A DNA stretch of 63,976 nucleotides, the filler included, from Chiloscyllium plagiosum (Eukaryota), in NCBI RefSeq assembly GCF_004010195.1. It is 4 parts of one record of this genome, joined end to end, with 100 filler letters (N's around TTAATTAATTAA, not from the genome) between each part and the next. Parts side by side here need not be neighbours in the genome. Positions count along the whole stretch, not along the records: positions 39,171 to 60,633 come from NC_057710.1; 3 more parts are not named here. One strand, given 5' to 3'. Below the pieces are notes generated by a model. The model saw only the letters and a list, made by a program, of their open reading frames with translations, did not search any database and was not told where the DNA came from. The position numbers and the translations under genes were made by a program. Positions 49,001 through 60,733 of the stretch are shown here, piece after piece; position 1 is the first letter of the stretch, and the number at the start of each line of letters is the position of its first letter.

Positions 49001-52000
49001 TCTGTTGCCTGAAGTAACGTCTGTCTGTCTTCCAATCATTTTGAGGAGACAGATCTCAGTTTAAACAAGGCACCACCTCCAACAGTGTAGCACTCTGTCA
49101 GATGTGTCGGCCTAACGTTTCTAGAGTGGAGTCTCAAATCTATGACTTCCTCTATTCAAAGGCAGGACAGCTACCAATGGGACATATGATAGCCTGCTGC
49201 TCCTAGGTGGGTACATAAGGTTGGGTTTGGGGGTGGCACTGCCAATGAGGTACAGGCCAAATTGCGTAAGGGTAACACCCCACTTTGCTGATGTTAAAAA
49301 TTCGGCGGCCTCGGTGGGGTAGAAATCCAGGAATTTCACTGGCATTTTTTGTCCATGGTGCACAGATCTCTAAATATCCCGAACCACTGACCCATTTCTC
49401 CAATCTCTTTTCATTTAGAGTTACGGGATTTTATTCAGGGAATCAAAGGTTACTGTGAAAAGGCAGGAAAGTGAACATGAGGAATGTCGGATCAGCCATG
49501 ATCCTATTGAATGATGGAGCAGGCTTGAGGGGCTGAATGGCCTAATCCTGTTCCTATTTCTTATGGTCTTACAGTCAGAGAGCCATACAGCATGGAAACA
49601 GGCCCTTCGGCCCACCTTATCAATGCCGATCAACAAACACCACACCACACTAGCCCAATTTACTTGCACTTCGTCCATAGCCTACTGATAGTTAAAGTGC
49701 TCATCCAGATGCTTCTTAAATATTGTGCGAGTACCTGCCCCCATCACCCTCTCAGGCAGTATGTTCCATATTTCTACAAGCCTCTGGGTGAAAAAATTCT
49801 TTCTCAAATCTCCTCTAAAACCCTTACTCCTCACCTTAAATCTACGCCCTCTGGTCTGCTTTAGGGAAAGGATTCTCATCATTTAATCTGTCTGCGCCTC
49901 TCAGAATTTTGTATCCCTCAATCAGATCTCCCCTTCAGCCTCCTCAGGGGAAAAAAATCCCAGCCTATCCAGTCTCTCGTCATAACTGAGGCTTTTCATC
50001 TCAGGCAATATCCTGGTGAATCTCCTCTGCACCCTCTCCATTGCAGTCACGTCCTTCCACTAGAGTGGAGACTATCTACGCTATCGCATCTGTGACTTAT
50101 CCAATGTCTTATGTTTCTTTAATGTGGAGTGGTTTAGAAGCTGTTTGAAAAAAAAAATTTGAATACAAAGCCATATCTCCCTTCATGAGTGGAGCAGGCC
50201 AATAAAGTCAGGAGGATGAGTTAGAAGCCCAGTTCTCAAATCTGGCTGAACTTTTCCTCACACAGCGAGCCTAAATATTTGGGTGAATTGTGGCCACATC
50301 TAATTGCTTGTCTCTGCTTTGTGTTTGCGAGCTGTTTACTCATGCTCTCCTACCCCAGATGTTTACAAGATGTTGAAGACTCAGCATGCTGTCAGTCCCT
50401 TCTGAAAATCACATTGATGTCGGCATTTGATTGTGCGAATTGCTGCTTGTGTTCTAACTCACACTGAGTACTGTTCACCCCTCAACAGCCCTCTGCCTCA
50501 GTGCCCTCTGACCCACATTGTTCTCCAGATAAGCAGCACTTTCTCAATCTTTGATTTCAGATCCCCCTAAGTCCTTTCTCAGTCGTCTCTACACTCTGAG
50601 TGCCCCCTGAAGTATTTTGTTGGACTTCTGGCAGACTGCAGACGCTGGAGATCAGTGTCGAAGAGTGTGGTGCTGGAAAAGCACAGCCAGTCAGGCAGCA
50701 TCCGAGGAGCAGGAGAGTTGGCATTTCGAGCGTAAGCTCTTCATCAGATTCCTGATGGAGAACTCTTCCTGATGAAGAGCTTATGCTGGAAACGCCGATT
50801 CTCCTGCTCCTCGGATGCTGCCTGACCAGCTGTGCTTTTCCAACATCACACTCTTCGACTGTTGTATTTGTGGTGGTTGATTCCCAGATGCACAGCCTCG
50901 CAATTTGAAATTGTCCCTCCTTTAACCTCTCCAGCTGTCCATTCCTTCAGATTCACCCTTTTAATCAAGGACTTGGTCCTGAAATTTGGTTTGGTGTCAA
51001 TGAACCGTTGGCTCGCTGTCTCTCCGTGGATGCTGTCTGATCCACAGTGATCGCCACCATTTCTTGTTTTCACTTGAGAAGGCTCCTGTGTAACTTTATT
51101 ACTCTAAAGGCGCTATGTAAATGCAACCTGCTGTTTTGGATTTTGATTTTCACTATCAGTATCTCTGTGATGAGATAGCTGACCGAAAAGCTATAAGCTG
51201 TACTGAATCTTCCTAAATTACTGGGTTGGACCTCATTGGGAACACTGTGCATCCACCAGCCAGGAGGGACACTGGGCCAGAGGGGACTTCTGGGTTCAGA
51301 ACAGTAATGATGAGGGTCTTCAGTTACATGAAGGGTCTGGAGGGGCTAGGGTTTTCTCAGCACAGTGAAGGTTAAGGGGAAATTCATGGCATTTGGCTAT
51401 TATTGGCTAGGTTAGCATTTATTACCCATCTATAATTGCCCTGAGGTCAATTAAGAGCCAACCACATTGGAGTCTGGAGTCACATGTAGGCCAGACCAGG
51501 TAAGAGTAGTAGTTTCCTTCCTTACAGGACGTTAGTGAGCCGGATGGGTTTTTCCAACAATTGACAATGGTCACCATTAGACTCTGAATTGCAGACCTTT
51601 TTGATTGAATTCAACTGACCTGCCATAGTGAGATTCAAACCCACATCCCCAGAATGCTACCTGGGTCTCGGATTAACAACATCACTCAGCCATTGCGTCT
51701 TCAAAATTGTGATTGGTTTTAATGGAATAAACAGGGAGTAGCTGTCCCTACTACCAGAGGACACCGATTTCAAATCATCAGCAAATAAAGCGCAGAACTT
51801 CGGGCTGGGGAGGGACGGGGGGAATGTCACAAATAAAGAGAAGAATTTTTTGAACACACAACTTGTCATGATCAGGAACGGGTGATGAGAGCAAACTGAA
51901 CAGGAACCTTTGAAAGGAATTATATGAAGATCCGTAGGGCAACAGGAAGGGTTCGGTGACTTAGCCTGAATGTTGGAGCAGGCTCGAGGGGCCAGATGGC

Positions 52001-55000
52001 CTACTCCTGCTCCTAGTTCTTAAGTTTTTGTGGCCAGCACGAAATTAAGTCATTGTAAGCAGTGCACAGGCAATGGGTTCAGAAGCTTCCAGAAAGTGCT
52101 GGGTATGGAAGCAATCAGGCTATATAAAGGTCAGGTTTGTTCCACTTCGCTGCTAAGTGACAGTGGTGGATTTATCCAACTCCTCTCCGATCCTATCTCT
52201 CCGCAGTCTGCTGTACATTCTCAGGAGTCATAACTTTTTTAGACCCAGGTCACCCTTGCTCCAGTTGGAGAGCATCCCTTTCAGAGCTGAAAGGTAGTAA
52301 GCCCTCTTAACCCTGCGTTAGCCGATCATTTACTGCTCCTTGATCAAAGCTTGACCTGGACTGCTTCTGGAGGTGGTTAGACACACAGAGTGCAGGGGAG
52401 GTGACGGCCTAGTGGCATTATCACCGGGACTGTCAATCCTGCAAACAGGAACCCAGACGATTTGGGTTCAAATTCTGCCACAGCAGAAGGTAGAATTTAA
52501 ATTCAATAAAGAATCTGGAATTAATAATCTCATGGTTATTGGGGGAAAATTGTCTTATTCATTAATGTCCTCTAATAAGTGGGAATAAAGTGCAGCCCAC
52601 ACTGCTCCCCAGGAATTGTTGAGGGGTGGGGATGGAGGTGGAAGACACATGGGAAGGAGGAGGGATGGAGGGAGCTAAAGGGACAGGAGAAGTGAGTGGG
52701 TCTGGGGCATGAGGAGGACAATTAGATGAGAGAGTGGACTGACACAAAGTTCTGAGGGGAACAAGAGTTGAGAGGAGGATTGTTGTCCAACAGATTGGGT
52801 TTATGGGAGTGACAGGGATTGATAGGAGGGGGTGGGGCACACCCATTTGCTAAGATAAATCAAGCCTGTTATTGGGTTTGAACATACCTCCCAGCCAATC
52901 CTTCCCTAGTGGTCCAACAAATCCTGTCACTTGACAGAAAGTAATTCGATGGCAATGGTGGAGGGATTCAATATGGCACTAATCAAGTGGGCTACTTTGT
53001 CCTGGATGGTGTCAAGCTTCTTGAATGTTGTTGGAGCTGCCCCCAACCAGGCAAGTGGGGAGTATTCCATCACCCTCCTGACCTGTGCCTTGTAGATGGT
53101 GGTCAGGCTTTGGGGAGTCAGGAGGTGAGTTATTTGTTGCAGTATTCCTAGCCTCTGACCTGCTCTTGTGTTTATCTGGTGAGTCCTATTGAGTTTCTGG
53201 TCAATGGTAAGCCCTAGAATGTTGATAGTGGGCAATTCAGTGATGGTGACTCCATTGAATGTCAAGGGACAGTATTTAGATCACCTGTTATTAGAGATGG
53301 CCGTTGTCTGGCATTTATGTGATGTTAGGAGAAAGTGAGCAGTGCAGATGCTGGAGATCAGAGTCGAGAGTGTGGTGCTGGAAAAGCACAGCAGGTCAGG
53401 CAGCATCCAAGGAGCAGGAGAATCAACGTTTCAGACACAAGCCCTTTATCAGGAATTCACCATTCCTGATGAAGGACTTATGCCCGAAATGTCGATTCTC
53501 CCACTCCTTGGATGTTGCCTGACCTGCTGTACTTTTGCAGCACCACACTCTCAACATTTGTGTGATATTGTGTTATATTGACTTGTCAGCCCAATCCTGG
53601 ATATTGTCCGGAACTTGTTGCATTTGAACACGTACTGCTTCAGTATCTGAATAGTCGCAAATAGTGCTGAATATTGTACAATCATTGGCAATGGAGCGGA
53701 AGTCATTGATGAAGCAGCTAAGATGATTGGACCTAGGACACTACCCTGAGGGACTCCTGGAGCTGAGCTGACTGACGTCCAGCAACCACAACCATCTCCC
53801 TATGTGTCAGGTAGGACTCCAACCAGCGGAGAGTTTGCCCCTGATACCCATTGATTCCAGGTTTGCTCGGGCTCCTTGATGCCACACTCGGTTGATATCA
53901 AAAGCTGCCACTTTTATCCCATCTCTGGAATTCAGCTTTGACCATGTTTGAACTAGATGCAGATGTTTGACTCTTGATGATCAAGAGTTGACTGATGGGT
54001 CAATAATTGGCCCAGTTATATTTGTCCTGCTTTTTATGTACAGGACACACCTGGGCAATTTTGAACAGTAAAGGAATTAAGGGTTATGGTGAGAGGGCGG
54101 GGAAGTGGAGCTGAGGCCATGATCGTATTGAATGGCGGAGCAGGCTCGAGAGGCCAGATGGTCTACTCCTGCTCCTTGTTCTTATGCTATGTAGTTTTCC
54201 ACTTTAGATACCAGTGTTGTAGTTACACTGGAGCAGCTTGGCTTGAGGCAAAGACAATTTCTAGAGCATATGTCTACAAGATTATTCATGGGACAGTTCA
54301 AAAGACTAGTCATATCAGATTTGAGACGTAGAAAATAGAAACAAGGGTAGGTCATTTGGCTCATGTAGTCTCCTTCGCCATTCAACTCTCTGTCTTGTAG
54401 TCAGCATCCCACACTCTCCCCAACTCCTTGAGGTGTTACATTAATTCTGTTTTTTGTCTCTCCAAAGACACTGCCAGACCTACTGAGTTTCGCCAGTACT
54501 TTCACCTTTGATTGATGACGACAGATGATGTGCTCATTATCACATTGTTCTTTGTGTGAGCTTCCTGTAAGTGAATTGGCTCCTGAGTTTTTTTTTTGCA
54601 TCGCAACAGTGCAACCACTTCTGAAGTACAGCACTTGTTATGTGCTGCTTTCCTTTGTGAGGTTTTAGGTAAATGCAAACTCTTTCCTCATCTCTTGGTC
54701 TCACCGCCCAGTGATAGCCATGAAGTGGAGGTGCCAGTGTTGGACTGAGGTGGACAAAGTTAAAAAAAAAAATCACACAACACCAGGTTATAGTCCAACA
54801 GGTTTATTTGGAAGTACAAGCTTTGGGAGCGCTGCTCCTTCATCAGGTAGCTATGATCCTGTTCCACTAGCTACCTGACAAAGTAACAGTGCTCTGAAAG
54901 TTTGTACAAGTAAACCTATTGGACTATAACCTGGTGTTCTGTGATCTTTAATGTTGTTCACCCAAATGAGTCCAAGCGCCAGCAACAAATCAACTTCAAA

Positions 55001-57310
55001 TTACTCAGGAAACACATCCCATTTCTATGCACAGAGAGCACCAACTAATTCTTTGAGAGGAGTGACGAGCAAGTTGGAAACTCATTGATTTAACGACTCT
55101 CAGTGCGCCATTTCTCACTAGCTTCTGAAAGGAAAATGTTAATTTTCCCACAACATTTTTGCTGTAATCTCATTTTCTTAAAAGGGGAAGAACTGGCACA
55201 CAAATTGTGGACTGGTTAACGAGCTCCATCTTGCTGACTCCCTAGGGCTGTCGAGTACCAAGAACAGAAACCAAATTTGAAAATGTTTCTCCTTATTTCT
55301 GCACACACGAACAAGTAAAAATACCCCTGCACACTAAACTGGTGGGAACTGGTATTGTTACGAAGATGAAGGAAAGTGATCTAAGTCAAGCTTTCCCATG
55401 CTTCGTCCGTGATACTCAAAAAAAAACAAATGGAAAAAGAAAGATTTTTTTTTATTAATGAGGCAAGTTTAATTTCTGAAGGCGAGTGCAGAACAAGGTC
55501 AGTGTGGGATCAGCTGAGATAGAGTGTTTGGGAGATGGTATGTTGAAAGGATGGGGCTTGGTTTCAGGTGGGCTGTCGGGGTTCCCCTTTGCATAGACAA
55601 AGTTGTCATAGAGACAGAGTGAGTGAAGAATAGGGCTGGAGGTGGAGTTGGGAACAGAGGCTGCACTGGAAGGTGCAATCAGGGGCAAATTTGCAAAACA
55701 ACCAATAAACCTCATCCACATTGGTTTTGATAAAACGCCTTGCTGATTGGAAAATTTCTCTGTCAGAGGGAGAGCTGGTAATTGGAGCAGGATGTGTCTC
55801 AGTTTGAATCTGATGCTGTGGAAGGGAATGATTAGAAAGTATGTTACTTGGTGAGGGGAGGGGGAAGGGAGCAAGAGACAACTGAAAAAAAAATCATCCA
55901 GCCGCATGATGAGGTTACTGATTTAACTCTTGTTGACTATTTATCTCCCTGTCCCTGGTGGGGACCTGCTGAGTTAGTCCTTCAGGGAAGGAAATTGGCA
56001 TCCTTACCTGGACTGGCCTACAAGTGACTCCTGACCCACAGCCATACGGTTGACTTTTCACTGCAATTAGACATGGGCAAAAAGCATTGGGCCAGCTAGT
56101 GACGCTCTCAGCCCATGAGTGAAGTTGGCCAGATGGCTGGTTTAGAGACATAAAGTCAGAGTCATAGAGGTTTCAGCATGGAAACAGGTCCTTCCGCCCA
56201 ACTCGCCAGTGCTGCCCAGTTTTCAAAGTGAACTTCATTATGCAGTGTGGTGACTACAGTGCGTGTTCAGTTCCTGAGATCCCACCAAAACACCCTGTAA
56301 TTGTTGCATGACCTCCTCACATTCAGAGTGTAAGCTTCTTGCTAAAAAGGACCACATAACATTTGCTTCCCTAACTACTTGCTGCCCCAACAACTTAACT
56401 CTGCATGAGTACACTCAAATCGCTCAATCAATCAAAGTCTGTCAGCTTTAAATATTCTGCCCGTCAACGTCACGTTTTCCTAATTATAAAGCCTCTTTAC
56501 TGACTACTCCTCTTTATGGATGATCCTCTCACATCTTACATCGCTTTGTACCATCAATAAACCTTAATACATGATCCCTCACTTTACTCCACAATGCTGG
56601 TTGTGTATAGCTGACAGCCAAGCACCAATCTTCATTACATTCCAGCTTGCCAACCAGAAAGTGGTCCACCTATTCTGACTCTCTGTTTTCTGTCCATTGA
56701 CCAATCCTCACTTCCGAAATCTGTGGCCATTGCCATTAAGAAGGACAAAGGCAGCAGATACATGGGAACATCACCACCTACAAGCTTCCTCAAAAGACAC
56801 TTTCTATTTTGTTCTGGAACTATGTCGCTTTTCATTCATAAGACCATAGGAGCAGAAGTTAGGCCATTTAGCCCATCGATCATGGCTGATAGGTTTCTCA
56901 ATCCCATTCTCACGCTTTCTCCCCGTAACCTTTGATCCCCTTGGCATCAAGAACTTATCCATCTGTTTTAAATACACTCAATGACCTGGCCTCCAGAGCC
57001 TTCTGTGGTGTTGAATGTGCCATTGGGTTAAAATCTGGGAACTATCTTTGTAACAGAATTATGAGTGTCCCTACACCCTAACACTGCAGCGGTTTGTAAA
57101 GGTGGCTCACTATTACCTCCTGCTGGACAGTTAGGGATGGGCAAGGTATGCTGGCCTGACCAATGACTCTCTCATTACAAACATGATGAAACAATAAAAT
57201 CTGCAATCTCTAAATTGTTTAGCCAAGATCCCTCCACTCATTGCAAATACTTTAACAACTGTCACCTTGCTGAACTATGAATGCCCCCTTTTTCTAACTA
57301 AAGTATGAGA

Positions 57311-60300
57311 TGTAAGGCATTTAATGGACTTACATTATAATATCGTTTATTTAGAAGCTTGGATTTGAGATAATGGTTGTGAGCTTTGGGGTTTAATGGT
57401 TGACTTGTAAGTATTTCTGTGCCCCTGGTGATTTCCTTTTAAAAACAGTATCAAAAAGACAGTCAGAATAGAGAACATACAGGAACAGGCCCTTCAGCCC
57501 ACATTGTCTGTGCTGACCATGATGCTATTCTAAATGAATCCCATTTCTGTGGCCATTGTCCATCACCCTCTATTCCCTGCCTGTTCATGTGTCTGTCTAA
57601 ATGCCTCTTAAATGTTGCTAAAATATCTGCTTTACCATCTCTCTCGGCAGTACGTCACAGGCACCTATCACCCTCTGTGTAAAAAACTTTCCTCACTCAT
57701 CTCCTTTAAACATTTCCTCTTTCACCTGAAACCCACGCCCCCTTATATTTGACATTTCCACCCTGGGAAAAAAGACTTCAACTATTCACCCTTATCATGC
57801 TAAGTTCTTGGTATGTGATACGATTTTGTTTTCAGTTGAAGCGTTTTTAGGACAATAACAACATGAACATCTGTACATTCAGCTTCCATTTTGAAGTTGA
57901 GAGATCGATTTTCTTTCTTTTGATGAAGGGAAATGTGCATAGTTTGAGAAAAAGACCTTTCAGAGGTTTGGCAGTTTTGTCCAAGTTTTGGCTGAAGCTG
58001 GTTGTGTAAAACAGTTATTCCTGAGAATGTGTGGTCGCTTAGTTTGCTAAGAAAGAGTAAGCAGTTCAATTTGAAACTTCCAGATCAGAAGTCTTTGGTT
58101 ACAACTTTGAAGGAATTATTTGAAGCTAGGAACATCTAACCTCAGTTGTATGAACGCTCAAGGGAAAGACTGTCAGGTTCAATTCCCGAATGAACCGATA
58201 GTTAAATTAAACCCAAGGATATGAAATTCTCTCTTGGGAGAATTCTGTGAAAGGGCACTCTAGGGATAAATGCAATTTTAATGTACCGTAAGTTTCAAAA
58301 CATCTGGCTATGAGTTAACTGTAAATATTTTGCAGTGTTATTTATCTATCTTCATTTCTTTTGTGTCATAAGCTTTGGTTAATCTGCAACAACGCTTTTT
58401 AGACTTGTCTGACTTGTTCAGTGAGTAATGGTAACAAATGGGATCATAACAACTGGAGGCTATTAGTGGGATTTGAGTTCACTGAGTTCAAGAGGGACTT
58501 GTGCATTTCTGTTTTAAGTAACAGATACATGATGGTTCCAGCATAAAACAGATTTGATGTGAATCCTTGCAGCGTGGAAACAGGCCTTTCGGCCCATTGA
58601 GTCCACATCAACCCACTGATAAACATCCCACCCAGACCCACCCCATACTACATTTCCCATGGCTAACCCATCTAGCCTATGTATCCCTGGACACCATGGG
58701 CTAATTTCCCATGGTCAATCCACCTAACCTTCACATCTTTGAATTGTGGGAGGAAACCGGAGCATCCGGAGGAAACCCGCACAGACACGGGGAGAATGTG
58801 CAAACTCCACACAGACAGTCACCAGACAGTAGAATTGAACAGGGGTCCATGGTTTTGTGAGATAGAAATGCTAACCACTGAGCTGCCCCAGGATTTTCCA
58901 GATGCTAAAAGGTTTCTGGCAGTGGACGACATAGCAGTGGATTATTTGAAAACATTGACTGAACCAAAACTGAGGGACTTAGCAAAGACATTGAAGATAG
59001 AAGTAAAAGCAGCATTTCATGAAGATGAGACACTTTGAATAATTATCCAACATTCAGAATTGGCAGAATTGGCTGAAAGAACTGTTGGAAATGATCAAAA
59101 CTTGACTTTGAGAGATTGGAATGCTTTGAGTTAGAAAAAAAAAGGGAAGATGGAAAGTGAGAAAAAAGAAAAAGAGGGAGATGGAATGAATTTTAAAAAG
59201 GACTTGAGCACCAAAGAGATAGGGAAATGAGAGAACATGGGTTGACCAGAGAAAAGCTTTGGATAAATATGGACGAAGGAGTTCATTTTGATTACACTGC
59301 GGCATTTAACTGAACCAATAATCTATAGTTAATGTTTAAATGCACTGAGGATGGAGTTGAAAGGTCTTAGGGAAGGAAATAGATAAGATAGAAGCAGGGA
59401 GGTTGTTTCCACTGGGTGGGGGGAGTGGTGAAACTAGAACTAGGGGACATCGCCTCAAAGTAAGGGGGAATTGAGGAGGAACTTCTTCACCCAAAGGGTT
59501 ATGAATCTGTGGAATTCCCTGCCTAGTGAAGCCATTGAGGCTACCTTGTTGAATGTTTTTGATGCAAAGATAGATAGATTTTTGAACAGTAAAGGAATTA
59601 CAGTTATGGTGAGAAGGTGGGTAAGTGGAGCTGAGGCCATGAGAAGATCAGCCATGATCTTACTGAATGGCGGAGCAGGCTCGAGGGGCCAGACGGCCTA
59701 CTCCTGCTCCTCGTTCGTATGTTTTTCTGTCTTTTACCTTATTTGAGGAGATAGATGAACAGACGAAGTGACCAAAAGATACTTGGACCTTAATGTCACA
59801 GGATCTTTTGACAGGCACAGCTTATGCCAGTTCATCAGCAGAACATTCTGCAGAGTATAAACTGTCAAAGGTGCAATGTTCCATACTTGTGAGCTTGGGC
59901 CTGAAACTTATTAAAAGTAAAATTTAGGAGTACAGGAGGGAAGTCTAATCAGACATTTGTGGAGTTTGCGAGGTGAAAAGAAGAGCTGAAGTAAAAATTT
60001 TGAGAAGGCAAACGGAATTATGATCAGGGAAGAAATCAGAAGTAATATTCCTCCAAATGTAAGCACATATTTAGATGAGCATCAAGCCTTTAAGGTTCAG
60101 AAAGGCAGCTGTTTTGGCAGATACATATGATATCTCACACAGACAATTACAGATGGGGATATTGTCATTTGGAAATCCACAAAGTCATTGGACGGATAGA
60201 AAATCTGTGGATGGAAGAGCCCTAGTTTCAGATGAGAAGACATGAGGACATCAAAGTGGCAAAAGAGAAAGGTTACACTCAAGAACGTAATAAGCTTCCG

Positions 60301-60520
60301 TTGTAATATGCGTGGACACAATAAGGCCAATTGCTCCCTGTCAAAAAGGGAAACCGATTGCATTGGTAAGAATGTCTCAGAAGTCATCAGAAAACGGGCA
60401 TTAGGAAAGGAAGTAGGTATTAAAACTAAAACAGAGTGACAGTGAGAATATTTTCCTTAACAGTCACGAAGAGGAGAATGGCTGAGGATCATCAAGAAAG
60501 TCCACTTTTGAATATTGCGA
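57311..60520 (+). mobile_element. Degenerate Ty3/gypsy LTR retrotransposon 5' part (LTR, PBS, gag) with nested CR1/SINE insertions
   Basis: LTR-like end CATAACA at 58451, then TGGAGGCTATTAGTGGGATTTGA (degenerate tRNA-Pro-type PBS). Gag-like AKRFLAVDDIAVDYLKTLTEPKLRDLAKTLKI, KWPKDTW, NQTFVEFAR and zinc knuckle remnant CNMRGHNKANC. The LTR start is a guess (TGTAAG at 57311). Confidence 0.65.
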
Positions 60521-60633
60521 GAGGAGCGGATGGCATTATGGGCTATGGGCAGTCAGTGTTACTTGGAGGATTGGGTGGGTTGGGGTGGCCTGTGGGCAGT
60601 GTCATTGAGGGGGGTAGGTGGGGTGAGGGGAGG

Positions 60634-60733
60634 NNNNNNNNNNNNNNNNNNNNNNNNNNNNNNNNNNNNNNNNNNNNTTAATTAATTAANNNNNNNNNNN
60701 NNNNNNNNNNNNNNNNNNNNNNNNNNNNNNNNN
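60634..60733. other. Artificial scaffold spacer (44 N + TTAATTAATTAA + 44 N)
   Basis: Same structure as the other two spacers. Confidence 0.97.

Noticed and set aside
49121..49403. Minus-strand ORFs of 66-80 aa
   Set aside because: No recognisable domain or splice signals, and they run into SINE remnants.
50359..50390. Possible micro-exon (ctaccccag...gtcagt)
   Set aside because: 32 nt, has a stop in phase 0, and does not resemble the expected DYSF PAIHHIPGFE-type exon.
21288..52135. Shared 13-mer TATAAAGGTCAGG at 21288-21300 and 52123-52135
   Set aside because: A 13-nt match is expected by chance at this window size, and the sites are on different contigs.
52207..52236. Acceptor-like CCGCAG followed by SAVHSQES
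   Set aside because: In-frame stop and no donor at the expected distance.
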